NCBI GenBank assembly: GCA_964514975.1
Contig: CAZESS010000001.1
Location: forward strand, 62,197 to 126,196
Length of the DNA stretch: 64,000 nucleotides
Reading direction: 5' to 3'
Source of the DNA: an uncultured Thermoplasmatales archaeon
GTDB lineage: Archaea; Thermoplasmatota; E2; UBA202; DSCA01
Position 1 is the first letter of the stretch. Each line of letters opens with the position of its first letter. Positions 10,501 through 19,506 of the stretch are shown piece after piece. A model generated the notes under the pieces. The model had not been told where the DNA came from, did no database searches, and was given only the letters and a program-made list of their open reading frames with translations. Both the position numbers and the translations under genes were made by a program.

Positions 10501-11261
10501 CGTTGAATCCGGGCTATGCCGCCATTGACAAGTTCTTGAACATCACCAACGTGACCGCGACCTCGTGGATTAACATCACCATTTATTACGAGCAGGATGA
10601 CGTTAGCGAGACCGATGAGGATACGCTGGCGTTGCAGCGGCTGAACGGTACAGCCTGGGAGATGGCGTCTCCGGACTACGAGATGGTCAACATATGTGAA
10701 AACTATCTGCGGGCCAACCTATCCGAGTTCAGCATTTTTGGCGTGTTCGGCAACTTCTCCCGGTACTGGATGAACCTGTCGGAGGGCTGGAACATGGTAT
10801 CGTTGCCGGTGTGGAACAGCAGCTTCGTCAATGCGCAGGATCTCGGCGAATGGATACCGGATTGCACGATGGTGTCCCGGTGGAACCCCCAGGAGCAGAT
10901 GTATGTGACCCATGTTGTTGGCTATGGTTCCGGCTTCCAACTGGTGAACGGCTCGGGCTATTTTGTATATGTGACCGCGGACGTGTCAAAGGAATACACG
11001 GGCATGGGGCAGGCAATGGTGAACCTGACGGTGATGGACGGCTACAATTTGCTCGGTTGGACGCAGACGATCGATACCAATGCATCTGTGTTGCTGGCAT
11101 CGATCGAGAACTGCCTGAAGCTCGGCATGTATGACCCCTCGCTTGGATGGCTGCCGCAGTATTTCGCTGGGTCGCCTGCACCGCTGAACTTCGAGGTCGT
11201 GGCGGGCGACGGCGTGTTCGTGTACGTCACCACGGGCAGCAGCGCCTGGAACGGAACCTAG
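7584..11261 (+). CDS. Large secreted protein 2: N-terminal jelly-roll (MAM/InhA-like), beta-helix with inserted CBM9/DOMON-like module, conserved C-terminal module
   Basis: AGGAGG RBS, signal peptide, SDDFE..GGW...AHSG..LWGT...GLYIDD, beta-helix repeats, shared tail. Confidence 0.85.
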   Translation: MKARHAYILGIVGIAVFIGVMAMNADASGTEVIYSDDFEADDGGWTPWANWDPVGDWEWTDTYDVSSYAGSHNPPTVAHSGDGLWGTVLYDDYTNSGGETYISKTFDFSGYSNVNMTFWYWSDLFGTWDYAKLYVNGVEVWYVDTQPGTAWEQAAIDLSPWDYMSDVNVTFEVHASTVVNYAGLYIDDFNLTGVLSRYVDDDFDAATPGWGTTHFDSIQDAIDAAGEGCTIYVWDGLYNETNIHVDKTLTIIGNTTVDAMTGAVSCNTNVNYTDKGFIVKADHVNISGFNLTNNGVIAGCRGVLVNHSSHCNISGNIIQEDYDGIKLNHSDDNIVYNNIIRNQSMYGIWLNNASNNVVNSNGIYNNYIGVFYQPEMMYQVMPACWNTIVGNNISHNGWGIEMFGTYEDDILSNTFWYNGEISGGKTRENGGPADGGAIHLLMANDTYISGNHMKYNFQGIWMENCDDNVVEHNEINQSMIIPNGNGRSYHIYVEGKEGWTLVETLHLSRNYERTTVTLPSGAGEYRVRIVQSGGVAAHVDQMVLLDGETVVPVSAVCDGSDIVEKLYAVDNDVADIWERTIELTWQGTFVSPTLLLVANEEQPAYISPIRTPSIMHPTLMELYTLEDSGAIMVDGEPDDLAVPDFSDYWAPTSGHPAGDTLVWLRSDGEYLYGAMEVTADNTYDMTGWGSLYIATDNVVREFRVDASDESYGVGGFVYTDTVGWQHMLYEFQIPLADIDASIGDTIRVGYGSYGTLGGMPAGVQIDGMDGDGSYNVIQYNNISGYNSGIYLVHTDHEEVWYNNISSNGYGVYIDNTWYSNVTCNHIYSNGDGIYAYYAEYNNITGNDIDNNHHGVGLTYYSRNNNIAGNNIQDNTNWGIALHPYADNNHVIDNDIAANRYGIYISGNSPSFAPDGNTILDCRASTNTMYDFYATNYTYNTVVTNLTVSSYPTSVDFIYGDGIALKGVAHAELALNPGYAAIDKFLNITNVTATSWINITIYYEQDDVSETDEDTLALQRLNGTAWEMASPDYEMVNICENYLRANLSEFSIFGVFGNFSRYWMNLSEGWNMVSLPVWNSSFVNAQDLGEWIPDCTMVSRWNPQEQMYVTHVVGYGSGFQLVNGSGYFVYVTADVSKEYTGMGQAMVNLTVMDGYNLLGWTQTIDTNASVLLASIENCLKLGMYDPSLGWLPQYFAGSPAPLNFEVVAGDGVFVYVTTGSSAWNGT
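10410..11261 (+). repeat. Shared C-terminal coding repeat, copy 2 of 3
   Basis: Offset 3792 from copy 1; scattered substitutions. Confidence 0.95.
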
Positions 11262-11296
11262 CCCCTTCCCCCCTCTCCTTTTCCCGTTTTTCTCTC
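11262..11296 (+). terminator. Pyrimidine-rich terminator
   Basis: CCCCTTCCCCCTCTCCTTTTCCCGTTTTTCTC after the TAG. Confidence 0.5.
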
Positions 11297-11489
11297 ATAT
11301 TTAAACAGGTAAAAGGCCAGATGGTGGTGAATACTATCCGCCTGAAAAACGTTTGCCCCTGTGTTTTATAGCCATTATGTCCTGTATGGCATCTTTCGAG
11401 AGTATTTAGATAGGTTTTTATACTATGCACTTGTTATAATGTAATTCCATAAACCATGGATATGTATAGGATATAGGAGGAATAAAACC

Positions 11490-14400
11490 ATGAAACGAAC
11501 AACACATATTTTAGCGATAGCGGGAGTAGTGGCGGTGGCGGCCCTGGCAGTGATGGCGTTTGGCGCCACGCAGGCAGATGCAGAAACCATAAATGTACCA
11601 AGTGACTATTCCGCCATACAGCAAGCAATAGACAATGCCACCAGTGACGACACCATTGACATCGCCAGTGGATATACGCATGATGGGACAAGGATTATCG
11701 TCGACAAGGATTTGACCATCGAGGGCAACAACGCGGTGATAGATGCAGGGATAGATATTGAAAGCGGCGCTGACGTCGTCATCAATAATCTCACCATCCA
11801 GGATCTCTCTACCGCAGATACCTCATCGTGGTCGGGTCTTTCAACAGCGGGCTCTGAATGGATTGTGGTCGGTGTGCGAAGCGGAACACTGACAGCGACC
11901 AACCTGGACATAACGCAGACAAACACTCTTTCAGCACAATATGTTAACCTGGTCGGCATTTCAGTCCAAAACGGCGAGGAGATGACGTTGAACGATTCCA
12001 CCTTCGATCTTACCAATGTAAACTATAGTCTGACGTACGGTGTCTATGCTCAGCAGGGGGCGACTGGTGTATCTCTTAATGATAACACATTTAACTTGTG
12101 GAGCGAGAGACGGACAATGTTTATCGGAACGGAGTTCTATGCAACCGGGGAGCAGGTTCCGATACAGATGACGAACAATGTGTTCAATGCGGCCGGCTCT
12201 GATTTTGGATACTGGCTGCAGGTTTTCAGTGGTTCGTCAATCACCAGGGAAATGGTAAATAACTACATTGATGGCAACCTGACCGCCGGGAGAATCTCGC
12301 ATGTGTATCTTGGAGGATGGTATGACTATATCTCCGGAGGACCATGTGACGCTATTATCTACGACGGACAGTCAATACAGACCGCCATTGATGAAGCAAG
12401 CCCCGGCCATACAATCTGCGTTGCAGCGGGAACGTACACCGAAAACATTGTCATCCCAAAGCCTCTAGTTTTAAAGGGTCCCAATGCTGGTATTGACCCA
12501 AATACAGGTAATCGTGTTGCAGAAGCAAACATTACTGCTAAAATTACTGTAGACGCAAACGATGTGAGCATACTGGGATTCAATATCAGTGACTCTACAG
12601 CGATGGATTTCTACAATGGCAACTTGGATAATCTGACGATTTCCTGGAATTATATCATCGGGATGAATGATGGAATACAGGTGAACTATTTTGAATGGAG
12701 CGGCACGAGCTATGATTCACATAATGTAACCATCAGCCACAATTACATCGGTGATATGACGGGAACAGCAACGAGGAGTCCATTTTATATTGGTGGGCTT
12801 GTCAGCTCTGATATCTCGTACAACACATTTTCAAATACATTGTGGGGCGGGATACAGTTAGCTGGTTGTAGCGACCTGGATTTCACCTATAATAGGTTCG
12901 TGAATATTACGGAGAAGAAAAGCTACTGGGTCCAGTTCACAAAAGATAATGAAAACGTTAGGATACTGTACAATACCGGCATCAACACGACCGGAGGAGT
13001 GAAATTGTATGGTAATGATCAAACGGATTACCATATCGATTTTGAAATCGCACACAATACGTTTAACTCTCTCGTTCCACCAGATTCTGGGACAGGGAGC
13101 CACCAGGAGCCCCATATCACAGTTTGGGACTTCTACGGAGCTTACGCAGATGGGTTGGATATACATGATAATAAGATAAACCAAGAACTCGATAACCTCA
13201 TCGCTGGTACGTCATCCACCTCTGCGATGGCATTCTTTGGTGTTCTGGACGATATAACGGTACAGAACAATAATTTGACAGTGACAGGGTCCCTTGCCTC
13301 TGCTTCAAATTACTATGGGATGTATATCCGTGGGGGGCCCAAGAGTTACACCATCCAAGGGAACTCATTCATTGGTTCCTCAGCAGATGGTACGATGGGC
13401 ATTAAACTGGCTATCAATGAGCATCCTGCATATACTGGATACGCTAGCGACGGGACAACCGTTTTAATACCATGGTCGCCGTCAGATACTGATATTCAGA
13501 TTACTCAGAATGCGTTCGATGCATTTGACTACGGGCTGAAATTCTTCCGAAATTATCCGCAGGAAGACGGCCTGGTGGCAGGTGCTACGGTTGATGTCAA
13601 CTATAATACAATACAGAACAGTGTTACTGCCGGCATAAGCAATGCAGGCGGCCAGCAAATTGTGGATGCCACTTACAACTGGTGGGGTCATCCATCCGGG
13701 CCGAACCATACCAGCAATCCGTCGAAGGACAACGGCATGGGCGACAACGTGAGCGACAACGTCCACTTCTCGCCGTGGCTCAACGCGCCGTATCCTGGCG
13801 GCAAGGCCATCGACTACTGGAACCCCATTTCTGTTGATGGCGAGGCAGACATTAACGAAAAAGCGAACGCAGACACCACGGTAAATATCACGACCACCGA
13901 AGAGCAAAACGTTACCGTCCAGAACTATGTGGGCGACCCCCAACCCGGTGCAGGCTCCCCGCAGGGTATCGGTCCTATCGGCAAATACGTCAATGTATCC
14001 GTCGAGAACGAAACAGCGGTTGAATGGCCGGTGAACATCACCATATACTACACTCAGGCGGATCTCGATGCGGCTGGCATCCCCGAGACGATGCTGGCGG
14101 CGATGCTCTACTACAACGAGACATCCGGTGATTGGGAGGCATACAACGATACCGGCGTCAACACCACGTATTCCGAGGACGGATACGAGGGCTACGTCTG
14201 GGCGAACGCCTGGAACAGCGACCAGCTTTCGCCGAAAGCCCAGAGCGGCTTTACCGATGTGTGGGTGGACGATGACCAAGATCCGAGCTGGTATGACACC
14301 CGGCATGTCAGGACCATCCAGGAGGGCATCGGCAACGTCACCGAGGGCGGCACCGTCCATGTCTGGGATGGCCTGTACAGAGGGACCAACATCCTTGTTG

Positions 14401-17400
14401 ACAAGAGCGTTGACATCATCGGCAACACATCGGTCGACGCGTTGAACGGTGCGGTATCATACAATACCAATGTTACCTATACGGACAAGGGCTTCGTCGT
14501 CGAGGCGGATTATGTCAACATCACGGGTTTCAACCTGGCCTATTGGGGAATGAATCCGGCTCCATGTGGCGGCGTGCTGGTCAATCATTCCAGCCACTGT
14601 AACATCTCCGGCAACATCATCCAGGATGACGCGGATGGCATCAAGCTCAACCATTCGGATGACAACATCGTGTACAACAACATCATTTCCGGCCAGTCGG
14701 ATTTCGGCATCTGGCTGGTGGACGCCGCGAGCAACGTCATCGAGGCGAACAACATCACCGACAACTCTTTCGGCATATACTATGAGACGTCTGAACCTGT
14801 GCCTGCCTCATGGAACACCATCGTGGCTAACAACATTTCCTCTAACGATTACTGGGGCATCTACATGGAGGACACGGACAACGAGACCATCATGTACAAC
14901 TGGTTTTATGGCAACGGCATCACGGAGGGCGGCGCGGTTTATTTCTGGGACGTTGAGAACAGCACCGTAGCGGAGAACGAGATGTACGGCAACCTCGAGG
15001 GCATCGTGCTGGAGAATTGTTACAATGTGACCGTCGAGTCCAACATCATCATCGGGCTGTCTATACCTGACGATGGCGGCGAGACCTACACCGTGTCTGT
15101 CAACACGGGCGAGGGATGGGAGGTCTGTGAGGAGCTTCGTTTCCCCCGATATTATCGAACTGAGCATGTCAGATTGCCCTCATCGACAGGTGACACCTAT
15201 CGGGTGCGCATCGAGCAGCATGGCGGCATCGCCGCGCATGTCGACTATGTCGCCCTGGGTCGCGGCGCGTTACACACCCCTGACCAGGCCATCGTGCATG
15301 GCGACGGGACGAGCGTGATGGACAAGCTGCTTGCCCGGGACAACGACGTTGCAAGTGCATGGGAGCAAACCATTGAGCTGACCTGGAACGAGCGATTCAC
15401 TGAGCCCGTGCTGGTGATGGTGGCCAACGAGGAGCAGCCGATGGAGATGGAGATACCGCTGCGGACCCCGTCGGTGATGACCCCCGACAACATGGAGCCA
15501 TATACGCTGCAAAACAACGGCGCCATCGAGGTCGATGGCACACCTGACGGGCTGGGTGAGGCTGACTTTTCTGATTTCTGGATGCCCATGAGCGGTCATC
15601 CATGGGGAGATACCCAGGTATGGCTTCGCTCGGATGGCGAGTATCTCTACGGCGTGATGGACATAACATCGGATAACACCTGGGATGACACCGGCTGGGC
15701 GTCGCTCTACGTTGCGGTTGGCGACGAGGTACAGGAGTTCCGGGTTGATACTGACGACCAGACCTATGGCACCCCCGGTTTCGTGTACACCGACGCTGTT
15801 GCATGGCAGCACGTGTATTACGAGTTCAAAATACCGCTGGCGGACATCGAGGCCTCCCTCGGTGACACCATCCGTGTTGGCTACGGCAGCTATGGAACAA
15901 GTGCGCAGATAATTGGCAGCACCGGTGTTCGCATCAGCGGTGGCCGTACCAACAACACCGTCCGAGGCAACGTGCTGGAGGAACACGCCCATGCCATCGC
16001 GTTGCAGTGGGTGGATAACGAGACCATCGAGGACAACATTTTGTACAATAATTCCTATGGCATATGGGTGGAGATGTGCCGCGATGTCAATGTGACCGGC
16101 AACATCATCGACAACGCTCCCGGCTGGGGGGAGGAGGGCATCCATGTAGCCGATATCGGGATGATGGTTGGCTATCCGGTTGATGAGTATTGCTACAACA
16201 ACGTCAGCGACAACGTGGTGATGAACTGCTCATATGGCATCTATCTCCAGTATACCGACAACGAGACCGTGGCGGACAACATCCTGTACAACAACACATA
16301 TGGCATCTTGCTCGAGGGATGCCGCGACATAGACGTGACCGGCAACCTGGTCGACAATCCGCCGATGTGGGGAGAGTTTGGCATAGTGGTTACGGACATG
16401 TACTTGAACGGAGACACCGCTCCAGAGCGGTGCTTTAACAACCTCAGCTACAACATGGTTGCAAACAGCTCGTATGGCATCGCCCTTGTATCTACAGATA
16501 ACGAGACCGTCTATGCCAACACCGTCACTAACTGCACATCATATGGCATAGCCCTTGACGCGGTGAGAGATTCCCTTATATGGGACAACGTTCTGACTGC
16601 CAACGGGTACTCCTCCATGTATATCAGTCCGGCGAGCGGTATTATGCTCTATGACTGTTACAATGTGACCGTGCTCTCCAACGATATCAACGGCAGCTTC
16701 GTCGGCGATAACGCCGGCATATCCATCATTGGGATGAGCGAGGGCGGAGGCAGTGTCGAGGGCTCGTACAATACCATTGTGGATAACACGATCTGGCAGT
16801 GCTTCGGCGCCATCGCACTATTCGGTACCGACCACGAAACACTTGAGGGCAACACAATGTATGACAACGGGCAATACGGCATCTACATTGCGGCCTCGTA
16901 TGACAGCGTTATCGCGAACTGCACGGTGTCCGATACCGCAGGATATGACTTCTGGTCTGATTCACCCTCGTATAATAACACGGTCGCCAATCTCACCGTA
17001 TCGAGTTATCCGACATCGGTTGATTTCACCTATGGCAACGGCATCGCGTTGAAGGGCGTTGAACATGCAGAGCTGCATCCCAATCCTGGCTACGCTGACA
17101 TCGGCAAGTTCTTGAATATCACCAACGTGACCGCGACCTCGTGGATCAACATCAGCATCCATTACGAGGAGGACGACCTCGACCAAACGGATGAGGATAC
17201 GCTGATGCTCCATCGGCTGAACGATACATCATGGGAGCTAGCGAATCCGGACTACGAGATGGTCAACACGGCTGACAACTATCTGCGGGCCAACCTATCC
17301 GAGTTCAGCATCTTCGGCGTGTTCGGTGATTTCACCCGGTACTGGATGAACCTGTCGGAGGGCTGGAACATGGTCACGCTGCCGGTGTGGAACAGCAGCT

Positions 17401-17837
17401 TCGTCAATGCGCAGGATCTCGGCGAATGGATACCGGATTGCACGATGGTATCCCGGTGGAACCCCCAGGAGCAGATGTATGTCACCCATGTGGTTGGCTA
17501 TGGATCAGGCTTCAACCTGGTGAACGGCTCGGGCTACTTTGTATATGTGACCGCTGATGTATCCAAGGAATACACGGGCATGGGGCAGGCAATGGTGAAC
17601 CTGACCGTGATGGACGGCTACAATTTGCTCGGCTGGACGCAGACGATCGACACCAATGCATCTGCGTTGCTGGCATCGATCGAGAACTGCCTGAAGCTCG
17701 GCATGTATGACCCCTCGCTTGGATGGCTGCCGCAGTATTTCGCTGGGTCGCCTGCACCGCTGAACTTCGAGGTCGTGGCGGGTGACGGCGTGTTCGTGTA
17801 CGTCACCACGGGCAGCAGCACCTGGAACGGCAGCTAG
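11490..17837 (+). CDS. Large secreted protein 3 (2115 aa): multiple beta-helix domains, inserted CBM9/DOMON-like module, conserved C-terminal module
   Basis: AGGAGG RBS, signal peptide, IQ.AID.A helix-cap motifs, DATYNWWG.PSGP motif, shared tail. Confidence 0.85.
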   Translation: MKRTTHILAIAGVVAVAALAVMAFGATQADAETINVPSDYSAIQQAIDNATSDDTIDIASGYTHDGTRIIVDKDLTIEGNNAVIDAGIDIESGADVVINNLTIQDLSTADTSSWSGLSTAGSEWIVVGVRSGTLTATNLDITQTNTLSAQYVNLVGISVQNGEEMTLNDSTFDLTNVNYSLTYGVYAQQGATGVSLNDNTFNLWSERRTMFIGTEFYATGEQVPIQMTNNVFNAAGSDFGYWLQVFSGSSITREMVNNYIDGNLTAGRISHVYLGGWYDYISGGPCDAIIYDGQSIQTAIDEASPGHTICVAAGTYTENIVIPKPLVLKGPNAGIDPNTGNRVAEANITAKITVDANDVSILGFNISDSTAMDFYNGNLDNLTISWNYIIGMNDGIQVNYFEWSGTSYDSHNVTISHNYIGDMTGTATRSPFYIGGLVSSDISYNTFSNTLWGGIQLAGCSDLDFTYNRFVNITEKKSYWVQFTKDNENVRILYNTGINTTGGVKLYGNDQTDYHIDFEIAHNTFNSLVPPDSGTGSHQEPHITVWDFYGAYADGLDIHDNKINQELDNLIAGTSSTSAMAFFGVLDDITVQNNNLTVTGSLASASNYYGMYIRGGPKSYTIQGNSFIGSSADGTMGIKLAINEHPAYTGYASDGTTVLIPWSPSDTDIQITQNAFDAFDYGLKFFRNYPQEDGLVAGATVDVNYNTIQNSVTAGISNAGGQQIVDATYNWWGHPSGPNHTSNPSKDNGMGDNVSDNVHFSPWLNAPYPGGKAIDYWNPISVDGEADINEKANADTTVNITTTEEQNVTVQNYVGDPQPGAGSPQGIGPIGKYVNVSVENETAVEWPVNITIYYTQADLDAAGIPETMLAAMLYYNETSGDWEAYNDTGVNTTYSEDGYEGYVWANAWNSDQLSPKAQSGFTDVWVDDDQDPSWYDTRHVRTIQEGIGNVTEGGTVHVWDGLYRGTNILVDKSVDIIGNTSVDALNGAVSYNTNVTYTDKGFVVEADYVNITGFNLAYWGMNPAPCGGVLVNHSSHCNISGNIIQDDADGIKLNHSDDNIVYNNIISGQSDFGIWLVDAASNVIEANNITDNSFGIYYETSEPVPASWNTIVANNISSNDYWGIYMEDTDNETIMYNWFYGNGITEGGAVYFWDVENSTVAENEMYGNLEGIVLENCYNVTVESNIIIGLSIPDDGGETYTVSVNTGEGWEVCEELRFPRYYRTEHVRLPSSTGDTYRVRIEQHGGIAAHVDYVALGRGALHTPDQAIVHGDGTSVMDKLLARDNDVASAWEQTIELTWNERFTEPVLVMVANEEQPMEMEIPLRTPSVMTPDNMEPYTLQNNGAIEVDGTPDGLGEADFSDFWMPMSGHPWGDTQVWLRSDGEYLYGVMDITSDNTWDDTGWASLYVAVGDEVQEFRVDTDDQTYGTPGFVYTDAVAWQHVYYEFKIPLADIEASLGDTIRVGYGSYGTSAQIIGSTGVRISGGRTNNTVRGNVLEEHAHAIALQWVDNETIEDNILYNNSYGIWVEMCRDVNVTGNIIDNAPGWGEEGIHVADIGMMVGYPVDEYCYNNVSDNVVMNCSYGIYLQYTDNETVADNILYNNTYGILLEGCRDIDVTGNLVDNPPMWGEFGIVVTDMYLNGDTAPERCFNNLSYNMVANSSYGIALVSTDNETVYANTVTNCTSYGIALDAVRDSLIWDNVLTANGYSSMYISPASGIMLYDCYNVTVLSNDINGSFVGDNAGISIIGMSEGGGSVEGSYNTIVDNTIWQCFGAIALFGTDHETLEGNTMYDNGQYGIYIAASYDSVIANCTVSDTAGYDFWSDSPSYNNTVANLTVSSYPTSVDFTYGNGIALKGVEHAELHPNPGYADIGKFLNITNVTATSWINISIHYEEDDLDQTDEDTLMLHRLNDTSWELANPDYEMVNTADNYLRANLSEFSIFGVFGDFTRYWMNLSEGWNMVTLPVWNSSFVNAQDLGEWIPDCTMVSRWNPQEQMYVTHVVGYGSGFNLVNGSGYFVYVTADVSKEYTGMGQAMVNLTVMDGYNLLGWTQTIDTNASALLASIENCLKLGMYDPSLGWLPQYFAGSPAPLNFEVVAGDGVFVYVTTGSSTWNGS
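16986..17837 (+). repeat. Shared C-terminal coding repeat, copy 3 of 3
   Basis: Offset 10368 from copy 1. Confidence 0.95.
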
Positions 17838-17882
17838 CCCCTTCCCCCTCTTTTTCCCCTCTCTTTTCTCTTTTTTTCTCCC
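17838..17882 (+). terminator. Long pyrimidine tract terminator
   Basis: About 45 nt consisting only of C/T after the TAG. Confidence 0.55.
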
Positions 17883-17916
17883 AAAACCTTTTTTAACGCG
17901 CGCTTGATGTCTTAGC

Positions 17917-18495
17917 ATGGCTGACGAGCAGGAGTTACAGCATCTCAGAGTCGTTCTTGATTACCTTCCCTGTGAGGACTGCGAGCACCGCGTTCCCGAG
18001 GAGGAGCGCCGGTACATGTGCTCCATGTGCGGCAGGATCAACAGAAACGTTTCAGCGGAGATAGCGGTGCCCCGCTGGCGAACCGAAAACGGCAGCGTTG
18101 TCGCAGTGGAGGGCCGTGACATCGAGGAGCTGCGCCCCGAGGTGTCGATGAAAACGGAGACGGAGGAGGAACCCGAGGAGCCAGAGGGGCCAGAGGAGGA
18201 CATGACCGAGGAAATCGAGGTGCTCGAGATTGGCGTCGACGTGCCGGAGGAGGAAGAGGAACCCGATGAGGAGGAGCTTCCCGAATGGGAAACCGTGGAG
18301 GAAACACCGCACACCGTCGGCGAATACACCCTGTACACCAAGGAGGCAACCCTGCGAGGCGGACGCAAACAGCAGATATTTTTTTATGCGAAAAAAGAAA
18401 AAAAGGATGCCACTCCCTGCGCCAAGCCCGAGGGCTACGATGTCAAGGTCAACGAAAACACCGGCTTGCCCGTCCTCAAAAAGAAAAAAAAGTAG
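17917..18495 (+). CDS. Hypothetical protein: Zn-ribbon, acidic linker, basic C-terminal domain
   Basis: CEDC...CSMC; E-rich middle; YTLY...TGLPVLKKKK end; TTTTTAA box upstream. Confidence 0.75.
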   Translation: MADEQELQHLRVVLDYLPCEDCEHRVPEEERRYMCSMCGRINRNVSAEIAVPRWRTENGSVVAVEGRDIEELRPEVSMKTETEEEPEEPEGPEEDMTEEIEVLEIGVDVPEEEEEPDEEELPEWETVEETPHTVGEYTLYTKEATLRGGRKQQIFFYAKKEKKDATPCAKPEGYDVKVNENTGLPVLKKKKK

Positions 18496-18501
18496 CCGAC
18501 A

Positions 18502-19506
18502 ATGCACATCGAGGAGTTCGACTACCCTCTGCCACAGGAGGCTATCGCGCAGCATCCCGCCATCCCCCGGGACAGCTGCCGCCTGCTCGTCATGGATGAC
18601 GGCATCCGTCATCATCGTTTCACCGACATCACGGGCTATCTCCACGAGGGAGACGTCCTGGTGGTCAATGACACCCGGGTCAGGCATGCCCGCATCCACG
18701 CCCGGAAGAACACCGGCGGAAAAATCGAGCTGCTCGTGCTCGGGCAGGAAAACGGCGCATACCGATGCATGATCAAGGGACGCGTCCACGAGGGCACCGC
18801 TGTCGAGCTGCCCGACGGCGAAACCGCCACCGTTATCCGCAAAAACGGTGGCATCTGCCACCTGGACATCCCACACGGGATTGAGCAGCTCGAGGCGATG
18901 GGCGAGATGCCGCTGCCACCGTACATCAAAGCCGACCTCGCCGCCGAGACAAAGGAGCGATACCAGAGCGTCTACGCCGACGAAAAAGGATCCGTGGCCG
19001 CGCCGACAGCCGGCCTGCATTTCACTCCCGAGCTGCTCGACCGCATCCGCCACAAGGGTGTCACCATCGCCGCCATCACCCTGCACGTCGGCATCGGCAC
19101 CTTTATGCCCATCCGGGACAGGCACGTCGAAAACCACAGCATGCAGCGCGAATGGTACCGCATCGATGGGAGAGCAGCCGCAGCCATCAACCGGGCATCG
19201 GGCGACGTCATCGCCGTGGGCACCACCACCATCCGGGCGCTGGAGAGCGCCACCGTAGACGGCGAGGTGCAGCCCGGCGAGCGGAGCACCGACCTGTATA
19301 TCTATCCCGGATACCGCTGGCAATCGCCGGTCGACGGCATGCTCACCAACTTCCATCTGCCGCAGTCCACACCCCTGCTCATGGTCTGTGCCTACGCCGG
19401 CAGAGACTGCATCATGCGGGCATACCGGGAGGCGCTCCGGCATGGCTACCGGTTTCTCAGCTTCGGCGACGCGATGTATATCCGGGGGGCGCCATGTTCG
19501 AGATAG
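18502..19506 (+). CDS. queA: S-adenosylmethionine:tRNA ribosyltransferase-isomerase
   Basis: FDYPLPQEAIAQHP, VVNDTRV, MPLPPYI, RYQSVYA..GSVAAPTAGLHFT, TLHVGIGTF, AVGTTTIRALES, TNFHLPQST, YRFLSFGDAM. Confidence 0.96.
   Translation: MHIEEFDYPLPQEAIAQHPAIPRDSCRLLVMDDGIRHHRFTDITGYLHEGDVLVVNDTRVRHARIHARKNTGGKIELLVLGQENGAYRCMIKGRVHEGTAVELPDGETATVIRKNGGICHLDIPHGIEQLEAMGEMPLPPYIKADLAAETKERYQSVYADEKGSVAAPTAGLHFTPELLDRIRHKGVTIAAITLHVGIGTFMPIRDRHVENHSMQREWYRIDGRAAAAINRASGDVIAVGTTTIRALESATVDGEVQPGERSTDLYIYPGYRWQSPVDGMLTNFHLPQSTPLLMVCAYAGRDCIMRAYREALRHGYRFLSFGDAMYIRGAPCSR

Noticed and set aside
6618-17837. Diversity-generating retroelement TR/VR pairs
   Set aside because: Differences between copies are not adenine-specific (many C/T and G/T synonymous changes), all copies are coding, and no reverse transcriptase is in the window.
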